Numbered from the stretch's first letter, positions 56,280 to 64,000 are shown. The stretch is 64,000 bases of DNA from Chthonomonadales bacterium (GCA_049967475.1 JBMFSQ010000019.1:2679-66678), one strand, 5' to 3'. Program-made: numbers and translations. The notes: generated by a model from the sequence alone, not told the origin.

Positions 56280-56966
56280 ATGCATTATAATGGAACATTG
56301 CCCATCGAACGGACTCCCGAGGTGCTTTACGTAATCCTTCGTGCAACGATAGCAATACTTGTTCGCATCCTGATCCGCTTGATGGGCGGCATGCACGTGG
56401 TGGGGCGTGAGCATATTCCACGCCGGGGCGGCGTTCTTATTGCGCCCAATCACCTGAGCTACGCGGACGGCATCCTCGTGGGCATCGTACTTCCACGAAG
56501 GGGCGCCTTCATGGCTACATCCGAACTCTTCGCCCTACGAGGTTGGGGGTGGCTGGCGCGAATGCTGGGGGCGTTCCCCGTGGAGCAGGACACTGCCGAC
56601 CTCGGAGCGGTCCGCCGGGCTGTGCAGCTTCTCAAGGCCGGTGAAGCAGTGGTTGTTTTTCCTGAAGGGCACATGAGTTTGGACGGCAAGCTGCAGCCTC
56701 TTCAGCCAGGGGTCCTTTCCATCGCCTTCCATGCCGATGCGCCGATTTTGCCCGTGTGGATCGAAGGCACAGACCGCCTGATGCCTCCGAGGCAAACCAG
56801 GATGCACCGCCTGCAGAAGCCCATCCTGATCCGTTTCGGTGAGCCGATTGCCGTCGAGCAGCTTATGGGCGGGAAGCGCGGGCGCGCAGCAATCGAACAC
56901 GGCGTCGGATTGCTCACGCGCAAGCTTCAGGAACTGGGCGCAATTGCAGAACCCTCTTCCGGATAG
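56280..56966 (+). CDS. plsC: 1-acyl-sn-glycerol-3-phosphate acyltransferase-like (PlsC family)
   Basis: HxxxxD motif NHLSYADG and block III FPEG. I place the start at the ATG at 56280 (MHYNG...); the track ORF starts at 56097. Confidence 0.8.
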   Translation: MHYNGTLPIERTPEVLYVILRATIAILVRILIRLMGGMHVVGREHIPRRGGVLIAPNHLSYADGILVGIVLPRRGAFMATSELFALRGWGWLARMLGAFPVEQDTADLGAVRRAVQLLKAGEAVVVFPEGHMSLDGKLQPLQPGVLSIAFHADAPILPVWIEGTDRLMPPRQTRMHRLQKPILIRFGEPIAVEQLMGGKRGRAAIEHGVGLLTRKLQELGAIAEPSSG

Positions 56967-57056
56967 AATTGCACCATTCCGCTCGCTGCGCTCGGCGGGT
57001 GTGCTCATGTGCCATAATGTTAGGGAAGACCCTTTCACAGGAGGCTGGATGTCGGG

Positions 57057-57320
57057 ATGGCTTACGTTATCTGCGAACCCTGCATCGGCGTAAAAGATAA
57101 GGCGTGCGTTGCGGTGTGCCCGGTTGACTGTATCCATGAGGGTGTCCACACGGATGCGAACGGCAAGAGCTATGACATGCTCTTCATCAACCCCGATGAG
57201 TGCATAGATTGCGGATTGTGCGAACCGGAGTGCCCGGTTACGGCGATCTTCGCCGACAGCGACGTGCCTAAGGAGTGGGAACACTTCATCCAGATCAACG
57301 CCGACTTCTACCACAAATAG
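57057..57320 (+). CDS. 7Fe-type ferredoxin (3Fe-4S + 4Fe-4S)
   Basis: Cys patterns CIGVKDKACVAVCP and CIDCGLCEPECP. Confidence 0.9.
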   Translation: MAYVICEPCIGVKDKACVAVCPVDCIHEGVHTDANGKSYDMLFINPDECIDCGLCEPECPVTAIFADSDVPKEWEHFIQINADFYHK

Positions 57321-57419
57321 GTATTGCTTCGCCAGGGGCTTGCCTTTCCGCGTGTATCGGCAGCCCCTGGCGTTTTGCAGCGCACCATTCGTCCGTGGTC
57401 CATGCTCTCGATACTTTCC

Positions 57420-57950
57420 ATGGCGCACCGTATCTACACCCGCACCGGCGACGATGGAAGCACCGGCCTCCCAGGGGGCGGCCGCGTTGCCAAGGATCAT
57501 ATCCGTATGGAAGCGCTCGGGACGCTGGATGAGCTCAACTCTTTCCTGGGCGCTGCCTGCACCGCCGCCGACGCGCAAGAGACTGCAGCCCTCCTGCGGC
57601 AAATCCAAGGGCGCCTCTTGACCTTGGGCGCCGACGTCGCGGGCACCACCCCGGCCGGCCTCAGGGAAGATGCAGTGCAGGAATTGGAACGCCATATTGA
57701 CCGGATGGAGGCTGTGCTTCCTCCCCTCACCCGGTTCATTTTGCCCGGGGGATGTCCGTTAGCTGCGATGCTCCACGTTGCTCGGTCTGTATGTCGCAGA
57801 GCAGAGAGGTGCATCGTGCGCCTCGCACACTCTGAGCCGGTGAATCCCTGGGCGATTGCCTTTCTGAACCGTCTGTCCGATCTGCTCTTCGTCGCCGCCC
57901 GCTTTGCGAACCATTCCGCCGGCCATCCCGACATCCTGTGGTACCCGTAA
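57420..57950 (+). CDS. PduO-type ATP:cob(I)alamin adenosyltransferase
   Basis: MAHRIYTRTGDDGSTGL start, typical of the PduO/MMAB family. The track ORF starts earlier, at 57324. Confidence 0.85.
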   Translation: MAHRIYTRTGDDGSTGLPGGGRVAKDHIRMEALGTLDELNSFLGAACTAADAQETAALLRQIQGRLLTLGADVAGTTPAGLREDAVQELERHIDRMEAVLPPLTRFILPGGCPLAAMLHVARSVCRRAERCIVRLAHSEPVNPWAIAFLNRLSDLLFVAARFANHSAGHPDILWYP

Positions 57951-57962
57951 AGAGGGAAAACG

Positions 57963-58589
57963 ATGGACGATCCCGGGGAGCAGCCACACCGAGCTTTTTG
58001 GTCCGGCCTAAAGAAGAAGCTTCAGGAGGCCGTGGCCAAGCAAGAGGCTGCCATCGTCCTCGGCAAAGTCGCCGGCAAGACGGTGACGGACGATGAGGGC
58101 CGCGTCATTGTAGAAGCCGGCCATGTTATAGATGAGCGCTCGGTGGAACACGCGGCCAAATCCGGCAAGCTCCATGCCCTCGCCGCTGCTGCAGCCACCG
58201 CATTGGCGCAGGATCTCAAAGAGAAGGCCCAAGAAACGTATATCCGCACGGACGAGGGCCGCGAAGCGCGATCCTTGGACACTGTAGAAGACGCTCTGCA
58301 GGCCCGGGCCTTCCTCGGGCGGGTGCTTTCCACAGACGTTACAGACATTCGAGGAAACGTAATCGTTCCTGCCGGGAAGCCCCTGGAAGAAGCCGATATA
58401 CGCGCCGCCCGGGAGGCCGGGCAGTTGCAGGCCCTAATCTACGTTGCGAAGCAGTCGCCCTCCGGCAGCCGTCTCGCTCAACCATCCTCCAGCCCTTCGG
58501 CTCAGAAAACTCCTTCACACCAATCGCCGCCTGAGCCCCCGAAGCCCCTGCCGCTTGTGTTGCCTCCGAAGGATCCCCACCAGCCGTAG
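57963..58589 (+). CDS. Hypothetical protein with an internal duplication and Pro-rich tail
   Basis: Two similar modules of about 40 aa: LGKVAGKTVTDDEGRVIVEAGHVIDERSVEHAAKSGKLHAL and LGRVLSTDVTDIRGNVIVPAGKPLEEADIRAAREAGQLQAL. The C-terminus is Ser/Pro-rich. Confidence 0.5.
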   Translation: MDDPGEQPHRAFWSGLKKKLQEAVAKQEAAIVLGKVAGKTVTDDEGRVIVEAGHVIDERSVEHAAKSGKLHALAAAAATALAQDLKEKAQETYIRTDEGREARSLDTVEDALQARAFLGRVLSTDVTDIRGNVIVPAGKPLEEADIRAAREAGQLQALIYVAKQSPSGSRLAQPSSSPSAQKTPSHQSPPEPPKPLPLVLPPKDPHQP

Positions 58590-58941
58590 GGGAGACGTCT
58601 GGACGCCCTCGCTCCGGCCAGGTGATTCCCTTATCCGTTCGCGTGCCGCGGCCATGCATCCCTGTGTCCCGGAGCCGGCGCGGCGACGCATCCGCTGCGG
58701 CTCCTGAACCGCACCCGGCACCCACGCTACTCTTGGCCGATCCGTCCCCTCGCCATGCCGCCCTACCCGCCGTCGCAGGATCCATTCCGAAGCGGCCGGC
58801 AGCGCCCTCCGAATTTCCTGAAAACGTTGGGCAAAGGCTTTCCGGTTTCGCGTCACCCGTGCGATTATCCTAGCGAGCGGTGTGAAACATGAGGCGCCGC
58901 TACACCCATGGCCAGGGATGCCGAGTGGGGAGTGCAAGTTA

Positions 58942-60357
58942 ATGAAGAGCCGGTTTGTAATCGGGATCATGTTCGTCGCCCTCAACGGCTTTGTGCCCAA
59001 GGTCTCGGCCCAGACGCAACTGGAAGTGGCCGCTAAGCTAACGCATTGGCTGACCCACTCACTCGCCGAGCAACATGCAGACGTGGAGCACGGCCGCTTC
59101 TCGTGGGCCGTGGGGATCTTCACCGGCAACATGTACAAGGATCCCCTTCGCGCGGAAGCGATGCGCTGGGTGTTCTCCGTTTGGCTCAACCGCGTTGCTG
59201 CCGAGGGTGACAGGGTAGTCGTAGCCGGTTTCGAGCAGGACGTTGGGAAACGATCCCACGTGATCGAGCTGAAGCACGGGGCCGACAGCCTGCAGGAGGT
59301 ATTCGATGCCCTTCCTTCCTCGCCGATGCCGGGATCCGTGGGTGGAAAGAATATCGAGCGGGCCATGGCCGGTCTCGCTGACAAGCTCCGGAATGATCCG
59401 GAGAGACGGCGTGTGATCCTTCTTCTGTCCAACGGCCCCTCGCAAACCGTCGAATCCACCGTGGACTGGACGTCCAGGCTCGTGTCGGCCGGATATGGGC
59501 ATCCTGTCCATACCATCTTCCAGATCCCGATCCATTCGACCCGCCAAGAGGTGCATGTTTTCCTGGCGGTGCAGCAGAATGGCGTGTCTTCTGTGCACAA
59601 CGGTGCGAGGCTTCCCGCCGCTCCCAATGGAGTGTGGGTTCCCGAAGGATATGCTCCTGAGGCCGCGACAGCATCCCTGTCGGCGTCCGGATTGCCGGGA
59701 AGAGTACCTCCAAAGCGGCATGGCAGTTGGCTCGGCATCATTCTGGGGATGGCGGTCGTCGTTATCGCTGTGTTGGCCGGAGCGCTTTTTGCTCTGGAGA
59801 TGAAAGGAAGGGGGCTCAAATCTCGTTTGCCTAACGCCGGCGCGCCGACCACTTCATCGGAGGATGGCCATAACTCTGTCGCCCGATTGGAAGCAGCGCT
59901 AGAGAGACTGGAGGGCGGCATCCGCAAATTGGAAGCCGGGCCAGCATCGGGGGGAAGCGCGGCAATTCCCGCCGTCCCGAACCAAGAGATGAGCGAACTC
60001 CGCACAAAGGCTGAGGCTCTGCGATTGAAGCTCCAAGACTGGGACGATACCGCCATGCAGTACCTGGACGCGGTACAGCGCGCGCTATCCATGCAGGGGA
60101 TTACCGACGAGCGGCGGAACGCATGGATGAAAGCAGGAGCGAACTTCGCGCGCTTTGCAGCGCAAAACGGGTTCGACGTCATCGCGCCGAACCCGGGCGA
60201 GCCGTTTATACAAGGGCACCACAAAGCCGTCAATGGAATGCCCGGGACCGGAGCCTGCGTTGTTCGTTGTATCCACTGGGGCTATCGTCGAGAAAACCAC
60301 GTTTATAGGCCGGCCGAGGTCGAAGCCGCCCCGCCACCAGAACGAGGAGAGGTTTAG
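58942..60357 (+). CDS. Membrane protein: signal peptide + vWA-like ectodomain + TM + coiled coil + GrpE-like C-terminal domain
   Basis: ATG at 58942 gives MKSRFVIGIMFVALNGFVPKVSAQ. The ectodomain has a vWA-like strand/helix pattern lacking MIDAS residues. The TM helix is WLGIILGMAVVVIAVLAGALFAL. The C-terminus GFDVIAPNPGEPFIQGHHKAV...WGYRRENHVYRPAEVE fits the GrpE beta-domain hallmark. The stop lies 2 nt before the Hsp70 start. Confidence 0.65.
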   Translation: MKSRFVIGIMFVALNGFVPKVSAQTQLEVAAKLTHWLTHSLAEQHADVEHGRFSWAVGIFTGNMYKDPLRAEAMRWVFSVWLNRVAAEGDRVVVAGFEQDVGKRSHVIELKHGADSLQEVFDALPSSPMPGSVGGKNIERAMAGLADKLRNDPERRRVILLLSNGPSQTVESTVDWTSRLVSAGYGHPVHTIFQIPIHSTRQEVHVFLAVQQNGVSSVHNGARLPAAPNGVWVPEGYAPEAATASLSASGLPGRVPPKRHGSWLGIILGMAVVVIAVLAGALFALEMKGRGLKSRLPNAGAPTTSSEDGHNSVARLEAALERLEGGIRKLEAGPASGGSAAIPAVPNQEMSELRTKAEALRLKLQDWDDTAMQYLDAVQRALSMQGITDERRNAWMKAGANFARFAAQNGFDVIAPNPGEPFIQGHHKAVNGMPGTGACVVRCIHWGYRRENHVYRPAEVEAAPPPERGEV

Positions 60358-60359
60358 CA

Positions 60360-62084
60360 ATGGAACATCCACCCATCGGAATAGACTTAGGTACATCCAC
60401 TTCAATCATCTGCGCATTCTTAGACGGACAGCCGGTTCCGATACCGGACCCTTACAGCGGGTCACCTATCGTGCCATCCGTGGTAGGGCTGAACCGCAGT
60501 GGCGAGTTGCTTGTCGGCAAGCGAGCGGTTGACCGAGGAGCAGAACCCCTAGTACGCGAAAGCAAGCGGATGATGGGGCATGTGGCATCTTTCCGCATCG
60601 GGGACAAAGACTACTCGCCCGAAGAGATCGCAGCTATCATTCTGCGGCACCTCAAGCATAACGCCGAGATCTTTCTCTCCACCGAGATCCGGGACGTGGT
60701 CATCTCCGTGCCGGCCAACTTCGAGGACACGCGCCGGCGTGCCACCGTAACGGCCGCCGAAATGGCGGGGCTTCATGTAGTGCGCCTCATCAATGAGCCA
60801 ACTGCTGCCGCCATTGCCTACGGGATCAACCGCCTCGACACGGGGGAGACTTTGTTGGTGTATGACTTCGGCGGCGGCACCCTGGACGTGTCCATCGTGG
60901 AAGCTATAGGGGGCGTGCTGGACGTCAAGACCTCCTACGGCGTGGCCGAATTGGGAGGCAAGGACTTCGATGAGGCGCTCTGCGTCTGGGCCAGGGGAGA
61001 ATTCATGGACCAGCATCCGGGGGCTGAATTAGTCGAAAGCGCTTTTGTAGACATCAAAAAGATCTGTGAAGATGTTAAAAAGGAATTAACATCGGTCCAA
61101 ACTTCTGAGATCGAATGCCTGAACGTTGCATCATACGGTGGTGAAGAACTGGACCTCAAACTGCCAGTCACCCGCGACAAATTCAACGAACTCGTGCGGC
61201 CATTGGTAGCGCAGTCCCTGCAGGCGATCAACTCGGCCCTGGACAAAGCCGGCATGAACCTCAGCGATATTACGAAGTTGGTGCTGGTGGGCGGAACCAC
61301 CCATATTCCGTACGTACGCGCTGCCGTATCGGAGCACACCGGCCTTACTCCAGCGCCGGGATGTGAACCAGATTTGGCCGTGGCCCAGGGGGCGGCGATT
61401 GACGCGGCCCGCGCAGCCGACGCCCCAGGAACGGACCAGATTATGGTGCAGGATGTGTGCACCTACGGCCTCGGCATCCTGTCCGTTCAGTACGTTCATG
61501 GACGCATGATGCTCGCTTACGATCCCCTCATCGAAAAGAACACTCCGATCCCGTTCACAGTCACCCGGGATCATTACCGCTTGCTGAGGCCGAACCAGGA
61601 AGTCATGGAAATCGAGGTAGTCCAGGATCTGCAAGGAGGCGCTGTCCTTCCCGAGGACACGGTGGGGACGGGGGCTTCCGGCACCATCGAAAACATTCCA
61701 CCTTCCCCATCGGGCGAACCCCACCAGGTCCGCGTGGACTTCACTTACGACGTGAACGGCATCGTCACCCTCAAGGCATCCATACCGGCCACCCGCCAGG
61801 AACTCACGATCCACACGCGCCCCTACCAAGGTTTGCTTACCCCAGAGCAAGCCCTCGAAGCCACGCGCAATCTGAACACGCTGTGGAGTACGGCGCCTCT
61901 CGCATATCTTTACCAAGGTCTCATTCAAACTGCAGAGAATGTTTTGCGGAATTCTCCCGACGGCGCGGAAGCTATCGGACGACGCGTCGCCGAGTTGAAA
62001 GCCAAGATCTCGATGAATGACCGGGATGGAGCCGATGCAGCTGCAGCGGACCTCCGCCGGCTCCTCGACGAACAACGAGAGTAA
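60360..62084 (+). CDS. Hsp70-family chaperone, HscC-like (short-lid, 574 aa)
   Basis: NBD motifs IGIDLGTSTS, VISVPANF, LINEPTAAAIAYG, VYDFGGGTLDVS and LVGGTTHIPYV, followed by a beta-sandwich SBD and a short helical lid. Confidence 0.9.
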   Translation: MEHPPIGIDLGTSTSIICAFLDGQPVPIPDPYSGSPIVPSVVGLNRSGELLVGKRAVDRGAEPLVRESKRMMGHVASFRIGDKDYSPEEIAAIILRHLKHNAEIFLSTEIRDVVISVPANFEDTRRRATVTAAEMAGLHVVRLINEPTAAAIAYGINRLDTGETLLVYDFGGGTLDVSIVEAIGGVLDVKTSYGVAELGGKDFDEALCVWARGEFMDQHPGAELVESAFVDIKKICEDVKKELTSVQTSEIECLNVASYGGEELDLKLPVTRDKFNELVRPLVAQSLQAINSALDKAGMNLSDITKLVLVGGTTHIPYVRAAVSEHTGLTPAPGCEPDLAVAQGAAIDAARAADAPGTDQIMVQDVCTYGLGILSVQYVHGRMMLAYDPLIEKNTPIPFTVTRDHYRLLRPNQEVMEIEVVQDLQGGAVLPEDTVGTGASGTIENIPPSPSGEPHQVRVDFTYDVNGIVTLKASIPATRQELTIHTRPYQGLLTPEQALEATRNLNTLWSTAPLAYLYQGLIQTAENVLRNSPDGAEAIGRRVAELKAKISMNDRDGADAAAADLRRLLDEQRE

Positions 62085-62088
62085 CGCG

Positions 62089-62679
62089 ATGGACACTGAT
62101 CCCTACACTGTTTTGGGAGTGCCGCGCGACGCGACACCTCTCCAGATCAAGGAAGCGTGGGCCCGCAAAGTGCGGGAGCATCCTCCGGACCGGGATCCGA
62201 TAGCGAACCAGCGCATCAATGAGGCCAAGCGGCTCCTCTTAGACGGAGACATCCGTGCCCGTGTGGACGCGCTGCTGGATCACGGTGAGGGGATGCCTGT
62301 GACTGAGCCGCACGAGCCCGCGACGGCAATTTCCCGCTCGCTTGGGCCGAGCGCAGCTCCCAGCCCTGCTGCTGCAGCGGATCCGGTCCCTGCGTTAAAC
62401 CCGGCTTCGGGCGGTGCATCGGCCAACAGCGTAGAGAACACTGGGAACGGGCCGACCAGCATCCAACGCACAGTGCCGGCTGGATCCCAATCGGAACCAG
62501 CCAATGCGCAAGTCACAGCTGCGCCGGATGCAGCAGCCATCATCGGATGCATTGTTGGAGCCCTCATCATGATGTTTTTCGTGATCCCGTTGCTCACCGC
62601 GGTAGGCCCCATCGGCTGGGCCGTTCTCCTCTTCGTGGGGTGGATGGCCGCGAAATCGGCCGATAAACAATCTAAGTAA
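62089..62679 (+). CDS. Membrane-anchored J-like domain protein (HPPD instead of HPD)
   Basis: From the ATG at 62089: DPYTVLGVPRDATPLQIKEAWARKVREHPPDRDP...INEAKRLLLD (J-domain helices I-III), a Pro/Ala/Ser linker, and a C-terminal hydrophobic hairpin AAIIGCIVGALIMMFFVIPLLTAVGPIGWAVLLFVGWMAA. Confidence 0.7.
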   Translation: MDTDPYTVLGVPRDATPLQIKEAWARKVREHPPDRDPIANQRINEAKRLLLDGDIRARVDALLDHGEGMPVTEPHEPATAISRSLGPSAAPSPAAAADPVPALNPASGGASANSVENTGNGPTSIQRTVPAGSQSEPANAQVTAAPDAAAIIGCIVGALIMMFFVIPLLTAVGPIGWAVLLFVGWMAAKSADKQSK

Positions 62680-62855
62680 AACCTGCCATAGGGTACGCGC
62701 CGGCGCTGCGTCAGTAGCGCATGGCCACCAACCCCACACCCTTAAGGTACGTGGCGCTGGTGGTGCTGCGATTCTCGCTGACCAATGCGCAAATCGAATG
62801 TGCGGTTGGTGAGATCCGTAACGGGGCGACAGAACCGATGCCCAGAATCGCGGCT

Positions 62856-63623
62856 CTACCCAGGGCCTGTTAGCCGCGCCAAAAGGCTCTTGGCATCCCC
62901 AATCACGCCGGGGTGGTTATCCTCGGCCAATAGTTTGCGTACCGCGGACACAACATAATCGCGGTCCTCCTCCCGGATGTCCGGCGGTTCGATTGAGTTG
63001 ACCACATTACAGCGTACGAGGGGGTCAGGGTGACGCAACATCTCGACCAGCTGCTCTATTCTGGCACGATCCCCGAGGCAGTACAACGCGTAGACCAAGC
63101 CCACGCAAGCAATGGGGCTTAGCTCCCGATTGAGTGCCGACACCAACTCCTGTGCCAGCGACGGCCCCATCTGATGCCGGGATATAGCAATGGCCGCATC
63201 GCGCCGAACCACTGGGTTAGGGTCCCGCAACACCATGGAGCGAAGCACTGCAAGGGTCCTATGCCCGCCAACCCGCAGGAGCCCTGGTATGGCATCCGTG
63301 CGAACAGACCAATCCGGATCCTGCGCGGCCGCAATGAACCGGCCGAGATCCACTGAAGACCCTACCTCAGCGAGAGTAGCTACAGCCGTGCTTCTCACAA
63401 ACGGGCGCGGGTCGGTGACCAGTGCGCGCGCGGCGACCGCGGCGAGCCAACCGCCCACGTCCCTCAACGCGCTCATCGCACATTCCCGCACAGTCGGCGA
63501 CTGATCGGCCACGAAGCGCAACAGCGCAAGTGCCGCCTTCTCATCCTCGGCAGCACGCAGTTTTCTCACCGTGTTGCACCGCTCAGTTACGTTCATACGC
63601 CGCGCCCTCATAAGTGAAGACAC
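62856..63623 (-). CDS. HEAT (PBS-lyase type) repeat protein
   Basis: Five or more repeats of D-P-x-x-x-VR-x-x-A: DQSPTVRECAMSAL, DPRPFVRSTAVATL, DPDWSVRTDAIPGL, DPNPVVRRDAAIAI, HPDPLVRCNVVNSI. The start is uncertain (M1, M5 or M10). Confidence 0.65.
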   Translation of the reverse strand: MSSLMRARRMNVTERCNTVRKLRAAEDEKAALALLRFVADQSPTVRECAMSALRDVGGWLAAVAARALVTDPRPFVRSTAVATLAEVGSSVDLGRFIAAAQDPDWSVRTDAIPGLLRVGGHRTLAVLRSMVLRDPNPVVRRDAAIAISRHQMGPSLAQELVSALNRELSPIACVGLVYALYCLGDRARIEQLVEMLRHPDPLVRCNVVNSIEPPDIREEDRDYVVSAVRKLLAEDNHPGVIGDAKSLLARLTGPG

Positions 63624-64000
63624 CCGGTTCCCGCGGCAGCCCTCTCAACATCAGGGATTTCTGTGCCCTCGCCCAGCACCACCGGATAGCAGCAGCGTAC
63701 GCAGCATCAGCGCCAATGGGCCGCCGCTTAGCCATTATAGCAGTACCCAGTTTGGCCTCGACCGCATGCTTTATCTCAGAACGCAACCGCTGGTACCGGG
63801 CACGTTCCTGGCAAAGTGGCAACGCCTCTGCAAGCCAGCACACAGAAGACGATCCCCGCAGCAGTCTTCAGACACATCCAGGCGAGCTCCGCGTCTGAAC
63901 AATTTGCGAATTCGCGCACATCCTTAGGGCAGTCATCACGCACCGGCTCTGGGCGCGGTTTGCCGCGGGACCTTCCGCTGCCCTTGCAATGCTTAAGTTT

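Noticed and set aside
1-64000. A visual, non-exhaustive search for CRISPR arrays, tRNA/rRNA genes, IS elements, integrases, phage genes and toxin-antitoxin pairs.
   Set aside because: No spaced direct repeats, no cloverleaf-like sequences in the intergenic gaps, and no transposase, integrase, phage or typical TA motifs appeared in any ORF translation. Absence should be confirmed with tRNAscan-SE, Infernal and ISEScan.

Overview
This is a visibly GC-rich, densely coding bacterial chromosomal window dominated by flagellar genes of a diderm-type flagellum, since the L-ring, P-ring and FlgA genes are all present. I cannot assign a taxon from the sequence alone.

**Layout**
- **Window edge (1-2.0 kb):** a partial glycosyltransferase-like ORF, a small EamA-like membrane protein, and alr.
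- **Minus-strand flagellar array (2.0-26.6 kb):** flgB-flgC-fliE-fliF-fliG-fliH-fliI-fliJ-(SLT lytic transglycosylase)-(ylxF/FlbB-like)-fliK-flgD-(TIGR02530-like)-flgE, then an intrinsic terminator, then fliL-fliM-fliN/Y-fliO-fliP-fliQ-fliR-flhB-(mgtC-like)-(321-aa unknown)-(CBS pair)-flhA-flhF.
- **Non-flagellar block (26.9-42.5 kb):** sucC without sucD, a HAD hydrolase, a UDP-glucuronate decarboxylase-like gene and a phosphohexomutase. It also holds a DUF5107-like/TPR gene with a three-gene ABC-2 transporter, a PhyH-family dioxygenase, a pair of secreted beta-helix and PilX-like proteins, a ceramidase-like protein and a thioredoxin-fold protein.
- **Plus-strand flagellar array (42.6-51.3 kb):** flgF-flgG-flgA-flgH-flgI-flgJ(rod-binding only)-flgN-flgK-flgL-fliW-csrA.
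- **Housekeeping genes (51.4-58 kb):** MFS transporter, SGNH hydrolase, tkt, plsC-like, ferredoxin and a PduO-type adenosyltransferase.
- **Unusual module (58-63.6 kb):** described below.

**Main findings**
- **Membrane-tethered Hsp70 triad.** This is the locus I could not place in a described system. It has three parts:
  - a signal-peptide + vWA-like ectodomain + TM + GrpE-like protein;
  - an HscC-like Hsp70;
  - a TM-anchored J-like protein with HPPD in place of HPD.

  A HEAT-repeat gene and a tandem-repeat hypothetical gene flank it.
- **Shared flagellar promoter box.** An identical bipartite box, CTCAAGAA-N14-CCGATAAT (sigma-28/FliA-like), sits upstream of both fliK and flgF.

No rRNA, tRNA, CRISPR array, transposase or integrase was recognised.
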